Shown in pieces: positions 28,380 to 39,064 of a stretch of DNA of 58,756 bases. Under the pieces are notes generated by a model, which worked only from the letters and a program-made list of their open reading frames with translations, was not told where the DNA came from and made no database searches. Both the position numbers and the translations under genes were made by a program. Origin of the DNA: an uncultured Chroococcidiopsis sp. (GTDB lineage: Bacteria > Cyanobacteriota > Cyanobacteriia > Cyanobacteriales > Chroococcidiopsidaceae). The stretch is taken from NCBI GenBank assembly GCA_964248365.1, contig CAXTYC010000020.1, forward strand, positions 30,490 to 89,245, written 5' to 3'. Within the stretch, counting starts at the first letter, position 1. Each line of letters opens with the position of its first letter.

Positions 28380-31300
28380 ATCTTTCAGAACTCTTCATTC
28401 GCCGCCCAGTCATGACGACTTTGGTGATGGCGGGAATTCTCATCTTCGGCTTCATGAGCTATCGCTTGCTGCCGATTAGCGATTTACCCAGTGTTGATTA
28501 TCCCACGATTCAGGTGAGTGCTGCCCGACCAGGAGCCAGCCCCGCAACAATGGCAGCCTCGGTTGCCCGTCCTTTGGAGAAGCAGTTTTCTAGCATTGCT
28601 GGACTCGATTCGCTCAACTCAACAAGTACCCTGGGTGCAACGCAAATTACGCTACAGTTTGACCTTAGCCGAAACATTGACAATGCCGCACAGGATGTAG
28701 AAGCTGCGATTTCTGCCGCCGCAGGGCAAATTCCCAACGACTTACCCAATCCTCCATCATACAGCAAAGTTAACCCAGCAGAGCAGCCAATTCTCTACCT
28801 ATATCTTCATTCTCCCACATTACCCTTGTCTGAGGTAGACAACTATGCTGAGACATACTTGGCACAAAAGCTGTCAACGATTAACGGAGTCGCACAGGTA
28901 CAGGTTTACGGCTCTCAAAAGTATGCAGCTCGAATTCAACTCAATCCACAGCAGTTAGCCAGCCGCCAAATTGGGCTAGACCAGGTGCAGGCTGCGATCG
29001 GGCAAGGAAACGTAAACTTACCGACTGGAAGCCTTTCGGGAAACCACAAGAACTTTACAGTACAAACCAACGGGCAACTCCAAGACGCGGCGGCTTATCG
29101 CCAATTGATCGTAGCTTACAAAGATGGCTCACCAGTCTATCTTCAGCAGCTAGGACGAATCATTGACAGCGTGGAGAATGACAAAATTGCCAGTTGGTAC
29201 AACAATACCCGCGCGATTATTTTAAGTATTCAAAGACAGCCTGGAACTAATACAGTACAAGTTGTCGATACGATTAAGAAATTGTTACCAACTCTCAGAA
29301 ACCAAATTCCTAATTCTGTTGAGATTGGCATTCTCTATGACGCATCGCAAACAATTCGAGATTCGGTCGATGATGTCCGATTTACGTTGTTTCTGACGAT
29401 TTGCCTAGTTATTTTAGTTATTTTTCTGTTTTTGCGAAACCTTTCGGCAACGGTGATTCCCAGTTTGGCGCTACCTGTGTCGCTGATTGGTACGTTTGCA
29501 GTCATGCACCAACTGAATTACTCATTAGATAACCTATCGTTGATGGCGTTAACGCTTTCAGTTGGTTTTGTGGTAGATGATGCGATCGTCATGTTAGAAA
29601 ATATCGTCCGTCACATCGAGATGGGCGAACGTCCGCTAGAAGCTGCATTGAATGGATCGAAGGAAATCAGTTTCACGATTTTATCGATGACGCTCTCATT
29701 AGTTGCCGTATTCATTCCCATGTTGTTCATGAGCGGGCTACTGGGACGATTATTTCATGAATTTGCTGTTACCATTGCAGTTTCGATTTTAGTATCGGGC
29801 TTTGTTTCCCTGACGCTAACGCCGATGTTGTGCAGTCGCTTTTTGCGTCCTGTCAAGCATAGACAGCAAAGCCGATTGTATCGCGCTTCTGAGTACGTGT
29901 TCGATCGCTTCCTTGCCTTATACGATTGGAGTCTCAAGAAAGCCCTAAAATATCACCGCACTACAATGATTTTGTCAGTCGTGATACTGTTTGCCACTGT
30001 TGGGCTGGTGGTTGTCGTTCCCAAAGGCTTTATTCCCAGCGAAGATACCGGACAAATCGCGGGCATTACTCAAGCGGCGCAGGATGCATCTTTTGATGCC
30101 TTGGTGCGTCACCAACAGGCAGTGGTTGACGTGCTGCGTCAAGACCCAAACGTGGATGCGGTAAACTCCAATATTGGCGCTGGTTCTAGTGCGACAGGTA
30201 ACGGCGCAGCTGTTGCTAGCAATTCTGGCAGTCTGTTTATTCGTTTGAAGCCACGCGCTCAACGTCACCTGAGCGCTGACGAGATTATTCAAAATCTGCG
30301 ACCAAAACTTGCCACAATTCCAGGCATTCAAGTCTTTCTTCAAAATCCTCCCGCCATCCCCATCGGCACGCAACAAACTACCGGACTGTATCAACTCGGA
30401 CTCCAGAGTTCCGATATTCAACCCTTGCAGCAGTATGTACCGCAGCTGGTTGACAAAATGAAGAACTTGCCCCAACTTCAGGATGTCAACAGCGATTTAC
30501 AAATGACTTCTCAGGTTAAATTGGATATCGATCGCGACAAAGCATCAGCTCTGGGAATTACAGCCCAGCAAATCGAAGATACTCTGAGAAATGCCTATGG
30601 CGGCTACCAAGTGTCAACAATTTATGCACCAAGTAACGAATATCAAGTGATTCTGGAATTAGAACCCCAGTATCAACAAGATCCCAATGCTCTGATGCAG
30701 CTTTACGTCACTGCAAGTGGTAGCTCTAGTAATGGTAATCCTGCGAATAATTCTACCAATACTGGTGGTACTGCCAGTAACACTAGCAACAATGGTGCTA
30801 CTGCTGGGGCCACGACGGTTGTAAGTAATTCTAATGGTGCAGCAGTTCCTCTGAGTACGTTTGCCAAAATTTCTCAGGGAGTCACCCCATTAATTATCAA
30901 TCATGTGGGTCGGATGAATGCTGCGACGATTTCCTTTAACCTTGCCCCTGGTGCATCGCTGGGAGAAGCGAATCAAGCGATTGAGAATCTAATTCAGACA
31001 ACAATTCCCGCCAGCATTACAACAAATTTCCAAGGTGCAAGCCAAGTATTTCAAAGTTCATTGCCGAATTTATTGCTCTTACTACTAATTGCAATTCTGG
31101 TGATTTATCTAATTCTCGGTATCTTGTACGAGGATTTTATTCACCCGATTACGATTCTTTCAGGATTGCCTTCGGCTGGATTTGGTGCATTGTTAACGCT
31201 GTTATTCTTTCATGTCGAACTCAATGTTTACTCGTTCATTGGCGTGATGTTGCTGGTGGGCATTGTGAAGAAAAACGGCATTATGATGGTGGACTTTGCG

Positions 31301-31612
31301 ATCGAAGCTCAGCGCGATGAAGGCAAAAAGCCTTCTGAAGCGATTTATCAAGCGTGTCTAGTACGCTTCCGTCCAATTATGATGACAACAATGGCGGCAT
31401 TAATGGGAACACTGCCGATCGCGCTGGGATTCGGTGCAGGTTCGGAATCCCGCCGTCCTTTAGGGATTGCGGTTGTGGGTGGGTTAGTATTCTCGCAAAT
31501 CTTGACTTTATATTTAACACCCGTATTTTACATCTACATGGAATCGTGGCGGAAAAAGCTGAGTCGAGTTAAGTTGCGTCGTCAAAAATTTTCTTTTACT
31601 GGAGGGCGATAG
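28376..31612 (+). CDS. RND efflux permease (MdtB/MdtC-like), copy 1
   Basis: FIRRPV, GFVVDDAIVMLENI, GIVKKNGIMMVDFA, RFRPIMMTT. Confidence 0.95.
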   Translation: MNLSELFIRRPVMTTLVMAGILIFGFMSYRLLPISDLPSVDYPTIQVSAARPGASPATMAASVARPLEKQFSSIAGLDSLNSTSTLGATQITLQFDLSRNIDNAAQDVEAAISAAAGQIPNDLPNPPSYSKVNPAEQPILYLYLHSPTLPLSEVDNYAETYLAQKLSTINGVAQVQVYGSQKYAARIQLNPQQLASRQIGLDQVQAAIGQGNVNLPTGSLSGNHKNFTVQTNGQLQDAAAYRQLIVAYKDGSPVYLQQLGRIIDSVENDKIASWYNNTRAIILSIQRQPGTNTVQVVDTIKKLLPTLRNQIPNSVEIGILYDASQTIRDSVDDVRFTLFLTICLVILVIFLFLRNLSATVIPSLALPVSLIGTFAVMHQLNYSLDNLSLMALTLSVGFVVDDAIVMLENIVRHIEMGERPLEAALNGSKEISFTILSMTLSLVAVFIPMLFMSGLLGRLFHEFAVTIAVSILVSGFVSLTLTPMLCSRFLRPVKHRQQSRLYRASEYVFDRFLALYDWSLKKALKYHRTTMILSVVILFATVGLVVVVPKGFIPSEDTGQIAGITQAAQDASFDALVRHQQAVVDVLRQDPNVDAVNSNIGAGSSATGNGAAVASNSGSLFIRLKPRAQRHLSADEIIQNLRPKLATIPGIQVFLQNPPAIPIGTQQTTGLYQLGLQSSDIQPLQQYVPQLVDKMKNLPQLQDVNSDLQMTSQVKLDIDRDKASALGITAQQIEDTLRNAYGGYQVSTIYAPSNEYQVILELEPQYQQDPNALMQLYVTASGSSSNGNPANNSTNTGGTASNTSNNGATAGATTVVSNSNGAAVPLSTFAKISQGVTPLIINHVGRMNAATISFNLAPGASLGEANQAIENLIQTTIPASITTNFQGASQVFQSSLPNLLLLLLIAILVIYLILGILYEDFIHPITILSGLPSAGFGALLTLLFFHVELNVYSFIGVMLLVGIVKKNGIMMVDFAIEAQRDEGKKPSEAIYQACLVRFRPIMMTTMAALMGTLPIALGFGAGSESRRPLGIAVVGGLVFSQILTLYLTPVFYIYMESWRKKLSRVKLRRQKFSFTGGR

Positions 31613-31668
31613 TTGCGGATACTGTTAAGAAATATTTTCCGTAAAAATGCAGTTGTAAGGAAAAAATT

Positions 31669-31932
31669 ATGGCAAAGACAATCCTCAATCAAATACTAAA
31701 TCAACTTGTAAGCCTCGAGATGGAAGAACTTCAGCAGCTTCAGCAAACAATTAAAAACCATATTGTCCAGAAAGAAATAACTGATAAGCAAGCAGCATTT
31801 CACCAAGCTTTAATTAATTCTGGCTTGGTCAAAAAAATTAAGCCTCCCGCTCATGATTTAATTGCTGAGCGACGACTCATTCAAGTCAAAGGAAAACCTG
31901 TTTCTGAAACAATTATTGAGGAACGCCGTTAG
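31669..31932 (+). CDS. Putative antitoxin of a type II TA system
   Basis: Small ORF directly upstream of a PIN toxin; C-terminal GKPVSETIIEERR. Confidence 0.75.
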   Translation: MAKTILNQILNQLVSLEMEELQQLQQTIKNHIVQKEITDKQAAFHQALINSGLVKKIKPPAHDLIAERRLIQVKGKPVSETIIEERR

Positions 31933-32397
31933 ATGGCAATTTACTTCTTAGATAGTAGCGCATTAGTCAAGCGTTATATCAGCGAAGCTGGGTCAAATTG
32001 GGTTTTGAAACTGTTTGACCCAGCGTTGAAAAATGAAGTATTTATTGCCGCAATTACAGGTGTAGAAATAATCGCTGCGATTGCACGGCGATCGCGCGGT
32101 GGAAGTATCAGCGTTGCCGATGCAACTGGAATATTTAATCAGTTGAAAAGCTATTTACAGAAAGATTACCAAATTATTGAAATTACAGAAAGTATCATCA
32201 ATTCTGGAATGTCATTTGCCGAAAAACATGGATTGCGAGGTTATGACGCAATTCAACTAGCAGCTGGTCATGCAGTCAACACGCTCTGCATCGCTAATGG
32301 GTTACCTGCCATCAGTTTTGTGTTTGCAGACAAGGAGTTGAATGCAGCAGCGAGTGGTGAGGGATTGGTGATTGAAAATCCTAGCAACTCCCCTTAG
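31933..32397 (+). CDS. vapC: VapC family PIN-domain toxin
   Basis: YFLDSSALVKRY..E.GS, VEIIAA, LRGYDAIQLA, ADKEL. Confidence 0.9.
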   Translation: MAIYFLDSSALVKRYISEAGSNWVLKLFDPALKNEVFIAAITGVEIIAAIARRSRGGSISVADATGIFNQLKSYLQKDYQIIEITESIINSGMSFAEKHGLRGYDAIQLAAGHAVNTLCIANGLPAISFVFADKELNAAASGEGLVIENPSNSP

Positions 32398-32486
32398 TGC
32401 AATCTAACTATCTTCGCTCGAATGTTTGTTGGTATCCTCTAGGCGCGATCGCCCCCACGCTACACATTTCTGGGAGAACGAAACTC

Positions 32487-35400
32487 ATGAACCTTTCAGA
32501 ACTCTTCATCCGTCGCCCTGTCATGACTACCTTGGTCATGGCGGGAATTCTCATCTTCGGCTTCATGAGTTATACCCTGTTACCGATTAGTGCGCTGCCC
32601 AACGTTGACTATCCCTTCATTAGTGTCTCGGCAAGTCTACCTGGAGCAACACCCGAAACAATGGCTTCTGCGGTGGCTGCACCACTAGAGCGACAGTTTA
32701 CAGAAATCGCCGGACTCAATTCGTTTAACTCCACCAGTTCAACGGGCAATACCAACATTTCCCTACAATTCGACTTCAGCCGTAATGTAGATGACGCTGC
32801 CAAAGACGTGCAAGCCGCCATCTCAGCCGCCGCTGGGGAATTACCCGCTGGTATGCCCAAACCACCCACCTACCGCAAAGTTAACCCCTCGGTTTCCCCG
32901 ATTCTTTTCCTTTATCTCTACTCCCAAACACTGCCAATTTCAACTGTAGACGAATACGCCGAAATCGCAATCAGTCAGCCAATTTCAATGATTAATGGCG
33001 TGGCACAAGTGCAGGTTTTCGGTCAAAAACAATATGCGGTGCGCGTCCAACTCGATCCGCAAGCATTGGCAACCAGGGGAATTGGACTAGATCAAGTCAG
33101 AGGGGCGATCGCACAGGGTAATGTAGAGTTACCAACAGGAAGTTTGTCTGGACGGGACAAAAGCTATCTGATTGGGGCAAATGGTCAACTAACTGATGCA
33201 GCAGGCTATCGATCGCTGATTATCTCCTACAAAAATGGAGCGGCGGTACGATTGGGGGATGTAGCACAAGTGCTGGACGACGTGCAGAACAACAAAGTTA
33301 CAAACCGCTATTACGACAAAAGAGTTGCCAATCAACCGTCGATCGTGCTTGCCGTACAGCCACAACCAGGCGCAAATACAGTCAATATTGTCGATACTAT
33401 CCAGAAAATGATGCCGACGCTACGGGCGCAAGTACCCAAGGCGATTGAGATGGGCATTTTGTACGATCGCTCTCAATCAATTCGAGCTTCGGTTAACGAT
33501 GTAAAGTTCACGCTGGTTCTCTCGATTGGCTTGGTAATCTTAGTCATCTTTTTATTCTTGCGAAATCTGCCTGCTACCTTAATTCCAAGTTTGGCACTGC
33601 CGATCGCTATTATTGGCACGTTTGCCGCAATGTATTTGTTGGGCTACTCGCTGGATAACTTGTCGCTGATGGCGTTAACGCTCTCGGTTGGCTTTGTAGT
33701 GGATGATGCGATCGTCGTACTTGAAAACATCGTTCGTCACCGAGAAATGGGCGATTCCCCACTCGAAGCTGCATTGAAGGGATCGCGAGAAATTAGCTTC
33801 ACGATAGTGTCGATGACACTATCGTTGGTGGCAGTATTTATTCCAATTATGTTCATGGGCGGATTAATTGGTCGATTATTTCATGAATTTGCTGTCACGA
33901 TTACGGTTGCAATTCTGGTTTCAGGTTTTATTTCCCTGAGTCTAACGCCCATGTTGTGCAGTCGATTTCTGACATCGCATCAGCAGCGGCAGAACCGTCT
34001 TTACCGCGTTTGGGAACAAGCATTCGATCTACTCTTACGCGGCTATGAGTTGACGCTCCTTCCAGTTTTAAAATATCGCCGCCTAACGCTAATTGGGTCT
34101 TTCATCATCATACTGCTAACCTTCTACCTATTCACCCTCGTTCCCAAAGGTTTCATTCCCACAGAAGATACTGGACAATTGATGGGTAATACGAAGGCAG
34201 CACAAGATATCTCATTTGATGATATGCTGCGTCACCAACAAGCGATCGTGGATATCATTCGCCAAGACCCCAATATCGTAGCGATTAATTCAACAGTAGG
34301 AGCGAGTGGACCAAACGCCTCGGTCAATAGCGGACGGATTAATATCCGATTGAAGCCGCGTTCTCAACGTCGTCTGAGTGCAGACGAAATCATTCAAGAA
34401 CTCACGCCGAAATTGCGGCGCACACCTGGAATTCAAGTGTTTCTGCGCTCTCCCCCCGCTATTCCAATCGGCGGTCAACAAACGAATTCACAATATCAAT
34501 TCACATTACAGAGTCTCAACATTCAAGATCTGCGCCAAGCGATCCCGCCACTATTAGCAAAAGTCAAAGCAATCCCAGGACTGCGAGGCGTAGACAGCGA
34601 TTTGCAACTGAGTACCCCCCAGGTGCAAGTCCAGGTTAACCAAGATAAAGCGAAAACGTTTGGCATTACGGCACAACAAGTTGAGAAAACCCTAGGCGAT
34701 GCCTATGGCTCTGGACAAATTTCCACAATCTATACACCGAACGATCAGTTCTTCGTGGTTTTAGAAGTGAAGCCAGAGTATCAACGCGATCCTAGTGCCT
34801 TATCAATGCTCTACGTGCAGTCGAGCCAAGGACAATCTATTCCTTTGAGTGCGATCGCCACACTGGTTGAGGGAGTTAGTCCGCTCACCGTCAACCACCT
34901 TGGAGCATTGCCAGCGGCGACAATTTCGTTTGATACAACTCCTGGTATGTCTTTGAGCGGGGCGACAGCAGCGATCCAAAAAGTGGCACAGGAAGTTTTG
35001 CCTTCAACGGTTACAGCAAGCTTTCAAGGTTCAACGCAGGTTTTTCAGCAGTCTTTTAACGATCTAGGTTGGCTGTTGCTCGTCTCGATTGTAGTTATTT
35101 ACCTGATTTTGGGCATTCTCTACGAAGATTTCATGCATCCGCTGACGATTCTTTCGGGGTTGCCTTCAGCGGGTTTTGGCGCACTACTAACGCTACTAAT
35201 TTTTCAGGTCGATCTAAATCTCTACTCTTTCATTGGCATTATCCTGCTAGTGGGTATTGTCAAGAAAAACGGCATCATGCTAGTAGATTTTGCAATTGAA
35301 AAGCAGCGACATGAAGGCAAACTTCCGTTTGATGCTATTTACGAAGCTTGCCTCGTGCGCTTCCGCCCAATTATGATGACGACGATGGCTGCGCTAATTG

Positions 35401-35636
35401 GCACATTGCCGATCGCGCTCTCGGCAGGTTCGGGATCTGAAGCACGTCGTCCTTTGGGAATTGCGATTGTTGGTGGTTTGTTATTCTCCCAGATTTTGAC
35501 CCTTTATCTCACACCTGTGGTTTACACCTACATGGAAACCTGGCGCAACAAACTGGGAAAACCACAGTGGAAACAAGCCGTATCGCGTCAGCAGAAGCTA
35601 CCAAAACTCCTTTCGTCTCAATTGAAACGAAAGTAG
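32487..35636 (+). CDS. RND efflux permease (MdtB/MdtC-like), copy 2
   Basis: Same RND motifs; start set at MNLSELFIRRPV by identity with copy 1. Confidence 0.95.
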   Translation: MNLSELFIRRPVMTTLVMAGILIFGFMSYTLLPISALPNVDYPFISVSASLPGATPETMASAVAAPLERQFTEIAGLNSFNSTSSTGNTNISLQFDFSRNVDDAAKDVQAAISAAAGELPAGMPKPPTYRKVNPSVSPILFLYLYSQTLPISTVDEYAEIAISQPISMINGVAQVQVFGQKQYAVRVQLDPQALATRGIGLDQVRGAIAQGNVELPTGSLSGRDKSYLIGANGQLTDAAGYRSLIISYKNGAAVRLGDVAQVLDDVQNNKVTNRYYDKRVANQPSIVLAVQPQPGANTVNIVDTIQKMMPTLRAQVPKAIEMGILYDRSQSIRASVNDVKFTLVLSIGLVILVIFLFLRNLPATLIPSLALPIAIIGTFAAMYLLGYSLDNLSLMALTLSVGFVVDDAIVVLENIVRHREMGDSPLEAALKGSREISFTIVSMTLSLVAVFIPIMFMGGLIGRLFHEFAVTITVAILVSGFISLSLTPMLCSRFLTSHQQRQNRLYRVWEQAFDLLLRGYELTLLPVLKYRRLTLIGSFIIILLTFYLFTLVPKGFIPTEDTGQLMGNTKAAQDISFDDMLRHQQAIVDIIRQDPNIVAINSTVGASGPNASVNSGRINIRLKPRSQRRLSADEIIQELTPKLRRTPGIQVFLRSPPAIPIGGQQTNSQYQFTLQSLNIQDLRQAIPPLLAKVKAIPGLRGVDSDLQLSTPQVQVQVNQDKAKTFGITAQQVEKTLGDAYGSGQISTIYTPNDQFFVVLEVKPEYQRDPSALSMLYVQSSQGQSIPLSAIATLVEGVSPLTVNHLGALPAATISFDTTPGMSLSGATAAIQKVAQEVLPSTVTASFQGSTQVFQQSFNDLGWLLLVSIVVIYLILGILYEDFMHPLTILSGLPSAGFGALLTLLIFQVDLNLYSFIGIILLVGIVKKNGIMLVDFAIEKQRHEGKLPFDAIYEACLVRFRPIMMTTMAALIGTLPIALSAGSGSEARRPLGIAIVGGLLFSQILTLYLTPVVYTYMETWRNKLGKPQWKQAVSRQQKLPKLLSSQLKRK

Positions 35637-35668
35637 TGCTGTTAGTGCTGGTGTTAGACGTTTAGTAT

Positions 35669-35850
35669 GATTGTGTTGCAAAAACTTGTTGAGGTGATAA
35701 AGGTTTTTGGAAAGGAGACAATTTATGCAGCAACTCCAAAAACTTTAGCAATCAATTGCACTTGACCCAAAATGTCACCTTTTACCAATTCTTGAAGAGC
35801 GTCCTTTCCTAATTGCATTCATCATTTCATAACCCTTAATTGTTCTCCAA
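35669..35850 (-). mobile_element. IS6-family 3' remnant
   Basis: Minus strand WRTIKGYEMMNAIRKG / KGDILGQVQLIAKVFGVAA* followed by a terminal-IR-like TTTTTGCAACACAATC. Confidence 0.75.
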
Positions 35851-35971
35851 TTAATAGTGGAAGTTTCTACTTAACAGGTAAAGCATTCTAGACAGTTTGA
35901 TTGACTAGTGGTGGTGATAAGCGATCGCCCCTTAACTTATTGCCATTGACCTTCCATTCTACAATTCATTC

Positions 35972-36715
35972 CTACTTTGCACTAAACCAGGTAAGTGCCG
36001 AGTGAGCGATAGCTGTTGGAACCGTGTGGGAACCATTAAACTCCTGATAAAGCACGTCGTAGCCTGCACGTTGTAACGGCGGCACGACCCGACGGCTGCA
36101 TCTGTCAATTGGTAGAACTTGGTCTTGCGTACCGTGCGAGATGAAGAGGCGCGGTGAACCTTGCTGCCCTGCTGGAGCCATAAATCCTGGCGAGAACGCG
36201 ATGATATGGGTGAACAGGTCGCCGTTAGTGATACCGATACTTAGCGCGTAGGAAGCTCCGTCGGAGAAGCCCTCAACCGCAATGTGTGTCGGGTCTATGG
36301 CATAGCGGCTAAATGTCTGCGCGATCGCCCGATCAATGAAGGTGATATCCGGTCCGTACTCACCGAACAGCACATCCCACGTCTGGAGACGCGAAGAAGG
36401 CGCAAGCAGGATAAACCCAGCAGCATCAGCTAGGTGTAGGAACGGGGCAAGTCCTTGACGTGCGTTGCCACCCGCGCCGTGCAGCATCAGCACCAGTGGT
36501 GCGGGTCGGTTCGCTTGGTAGCTTGTGGATACGTAAAGGAGGCAGTCGCGCTTGGTGTCCAGTCCTAGCGATTGTAAACCTAGTGTTGCCGCTCCCGTCG
36601 GTTGCCCTGGTCGCGCTTGGATGCGTCCCTTTTGGGCTACTTGTCTATCCTGGTTGTGCCGCCTGTCTCTTGTCATCGATGCGATCCTCTGGCTGCGATG
36701 GGTGGTGTAAATCAC
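35972..36715 (-). CDS. Phospholipase/carboxylesterase (alpha/beta hydrolase)
   Basis: LHGAGG, GFSDGAS (GxSxG), HGTQDQVLP, GSHTVP; GC-richer than flanks. Confidence 0.9.
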   Translation of the reverse strand: MIYTTHRSQRIASMTRDRRHNQDRQVAQKGRIQARPGQPTGAATLGLQSLGLDTKRDCLLYVSTSYQANRPAPLVLMLHGAGGNARQGLAPFLHLADAAGFILLAPSSRLQTWDVLFGEYGPDITFIDRAIAQTFSRYAIDPTHIAVEGFSDGASYALSIGITNGDLFTHIIAFSPGFMAPAGQQGSPRLFISHGTQDQVLPIDRCSRRVVPPLQRAGYDVLYQEFNGSHTVPTAIAHSALTWFSAK

Positions 36716-37456
36716 TCCTATTGCCTCTGTAATGCTTGCAGTCCAGGTGCTGAGTAAATGTCCTCTGTGCTTTACTACAATGCTCTGGTTGTGCGGTTGC
36801 GACTTGTAAATTTTTCTCTACTAGTTTAGCAAATGACATCTTGCACAAATAGAGTGAGCTACTTTTGAGCAGCACGAGTGGGTTTTTTCTAGTGGGAAAA
36901 GGAGATTACTAGAGTTAGGAGGCTATAACAGGAAGCAAGAAATAGTAGCCGCAACACTGAAGTAAAAAGAAATATGCTCGTGTTTGACTAATGCCAACTT
37001 AGTTCGCAAAAAAACTTATCTCATGTACCGAACGAAATAATTTTGATTAAATAAGAGCGTGATAATTTATACTGCTTAGTATTTTCTTGAGCAAAAATTA
37101 TACTTTATTTAGCAAGTTAATTTGAACTTTCAGAAAAGTAACAAAAATATATGATATAATAACAAGTTATAAAACCTTTCAATTATAATTCTTTTACGGG
37201 ACTAATAGATAAGTACCCCTCTCAAACAAATTAGATAGCACTTTTTGATGCTGAAGAACTTCAAGATAATTCTAATAATGGTCATGGGCTATCTTTAAGT
37301 AAAATTTCTGCTTAAAATATTTTTAATTTATTTAGATATTCTATTGTTTTATTTATAAACTGCTTATTAGGGCGGGAAATTTTGCTAAAATAACTTATGA
37401 TTTAAATCATTTTGACGTTTTGGGAGAAGTTATTGTTGATAAATTGTGTTTAGAAC

Positions 37457-37502
37457 TTAAATTATTATATATACACAAGTTAAATTATTATATATACACA
37501 AG
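37457..37502. repeat. Perfect 23-bp tandem duplication in an AT-rich intergenic region
   Basis: TTAAATTATTATATATACACAAG x2. Confidence 0.9.
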
Positions 37503-38111
37503 CTCAGTTAGCGTTAATTAATTTTGTTTTTATAAATACAAAAAGAGTGAGTTTTGATTGAGATATCTTCGCTCAATTTTAGCTGTAGTTATCCCACCGC
37601 CCTGGAGTCAAACAAATCTAGGCTCTTTTCCTGGTTCAGCTTGAGAACGAGGAGTTTACGGAATTGTCAAGGCGTAAGGTACTTGTAGGTAGGTTGGGGA
37701 TGCATCTGAGAGTAAAGGCGATCGCAATATACTTTGCCCAAGCAGCACCAAATAATCATGATAGGGAAGTGCACGATCGCTGCTTTTACACACTCTACCC
37801 TAGTCCAACCGAGTTTGCAATATCATGCAATATGGCTGTACTACCTTTAGCAACGACGTGGGCTGTTGAGGGGGCGGCGAGGGTAACTATACCCAATGTC
37901 AGCATTTCTGGTAGCGCATTGTGGGACAAATCTTCTGTAAAAGAAATTTCCCTTGGGCGATCGCCCCTTTCGCTTCTAATTTCTTTTTGCCCATACTACT
38001 GGGCTAAAATCTTCTGTGACTCCTCAATCGATAATGTTTCCATTCTCACACCCCTACTGTTATCCAGTTAAATTAGTACTGCCTTTGAGATTAGGCTATG
38101 TCTGTAAGCAA

Positions 38112-38645
38112 TCAAGTGTTGAGATAATCGAGTGCTTTTGGTTGTGCTTCAATATTGTTCACATTAACGCCATGCTGCACTACCAAAACCGCACAAGGAG
38201 CATGATGAAGGACGTAATTGCTGACACTACCTAAGAATAACTCACTCAAGCCAGTCCGACCCCTACGACCCATAATAATTACGTCAGAGTGCCAAGTACG
38301 AGCTAGAGCGCAAATCATTTGACCTGGATCGCCAAGGTTCTGAGTAAATTCAGTTTTGACACCTTGGGCGATCGCCTCCTGAGCTAATGATCTTAACCAG
38401 TCTAATCCCTCCCGTTCATATTCTTCCCACTCGTTCATGTACCTACTCACAGATCCAGAGTACAAATTTGGGTAAGCACACTCTACACTAGCAAACCCTG
38501 GTTTGAGATAGTATTCGTCGAAGGGAGATGAAACGTGCAGCAACATCAAACGCGCATCAGTGGCTTTTGCCAAAGATACAGCTTTATCAAAGACTTGCTG
38601 GCTCATTTCTGATTTGTCTATAGCAACCAAAATCTTGTGAAACAT
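38112..38645 (-). CDS. Universal stress protein
   Basis: MFHKILVAID, GDPG, IIMGRRGRTGLSELFLGSVSNYVLHHAPCAVLVV. Confidence 0.95.
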   Translation of the reverse strand: MFHKILVAIDKSEMSQQVFDKAVSLAKATDARLMLLHVSSPFDEYYLKPGFASVECAYPNLYSGSVSRYMNEWEEYEREGLDWLRSLAQEAIAQGVKTEFTQNLGDPGQMICALARTWHSDVIIMGRRGRTGLSELFLGSVSNYVLHHAPCAVLVVQHGVNVNNIEAQPKALDYLNT

Positions 38646-38724
38646 AAAATTTATCCCCCTTTATTCCTTACATTTAACTTTTAGCTCCCACACCTATAGT
38701 TATCAGCAAGCAATTTGAGGAAGT

Positions 38725-38740
38725 TGTGAAGAATATCACA
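38725..38740. promoter_or_regulatory. CRP-family binding site upstream of the USP gene
   Basis: Perfect TGTGA-N6-TCACA (TGTGAAGAATATCACA), 80 bp upstream of the start codon. Confidence 0.7.
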
Positions 38741-39035
38741 TTTACTCTTTAATTATCCCATTAATCTCGAATGTAGTGGGAGATTATTAAGATATATTTC
38801 AGAGCCAACTACTAATTTAATCAATTTGGTGTTTCTTTAAAAAAGTAGAGAATTTTTATCAGCACTTGGTATAAAAGACGAGTATGGGTTCTGGTGCATT
38901 CTGTTGCTGACTACTACCTCGTTTTGTTAGTGGTAATAACGCAATCACTGCATATCAATTTCATAACCATAGCTAGAAAGAGACAATTAGCAGGATGACT
39001 AAGAGCGCGATCGCCCAAAAGTAGAAGATGCTATA

Positions 39036-39064
39036 AGCTCGACTTTATCCATTTAAGCAGCGTA
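39036..39064 (-). mobile_element. Isolated inverted copy of the IS701-like right end
   Basis: Exact reverse complement of 40762-40790 (29 bp). Confidence 0.85.

Noticed and set aside
29975..30475. 166-aa minus-strand ORF and other short antisense ORFs within long genes
   Set aside because: Fully nested antisense to well-supported genes
31933..32397. VapC as the cognate nuclease repaired by the RtcB operon
   Set aside because: 15 kb apart with no linkage evidence
32397..32486. N-terminal extension of RND permease 2
   Set aside because: Paralog identity places the start at 32487
37664..38071. 135-aa plus-strand ORF
   Set aside because: TTG start, no SD or motif; more likely antisense to a decayed minus-strand gene
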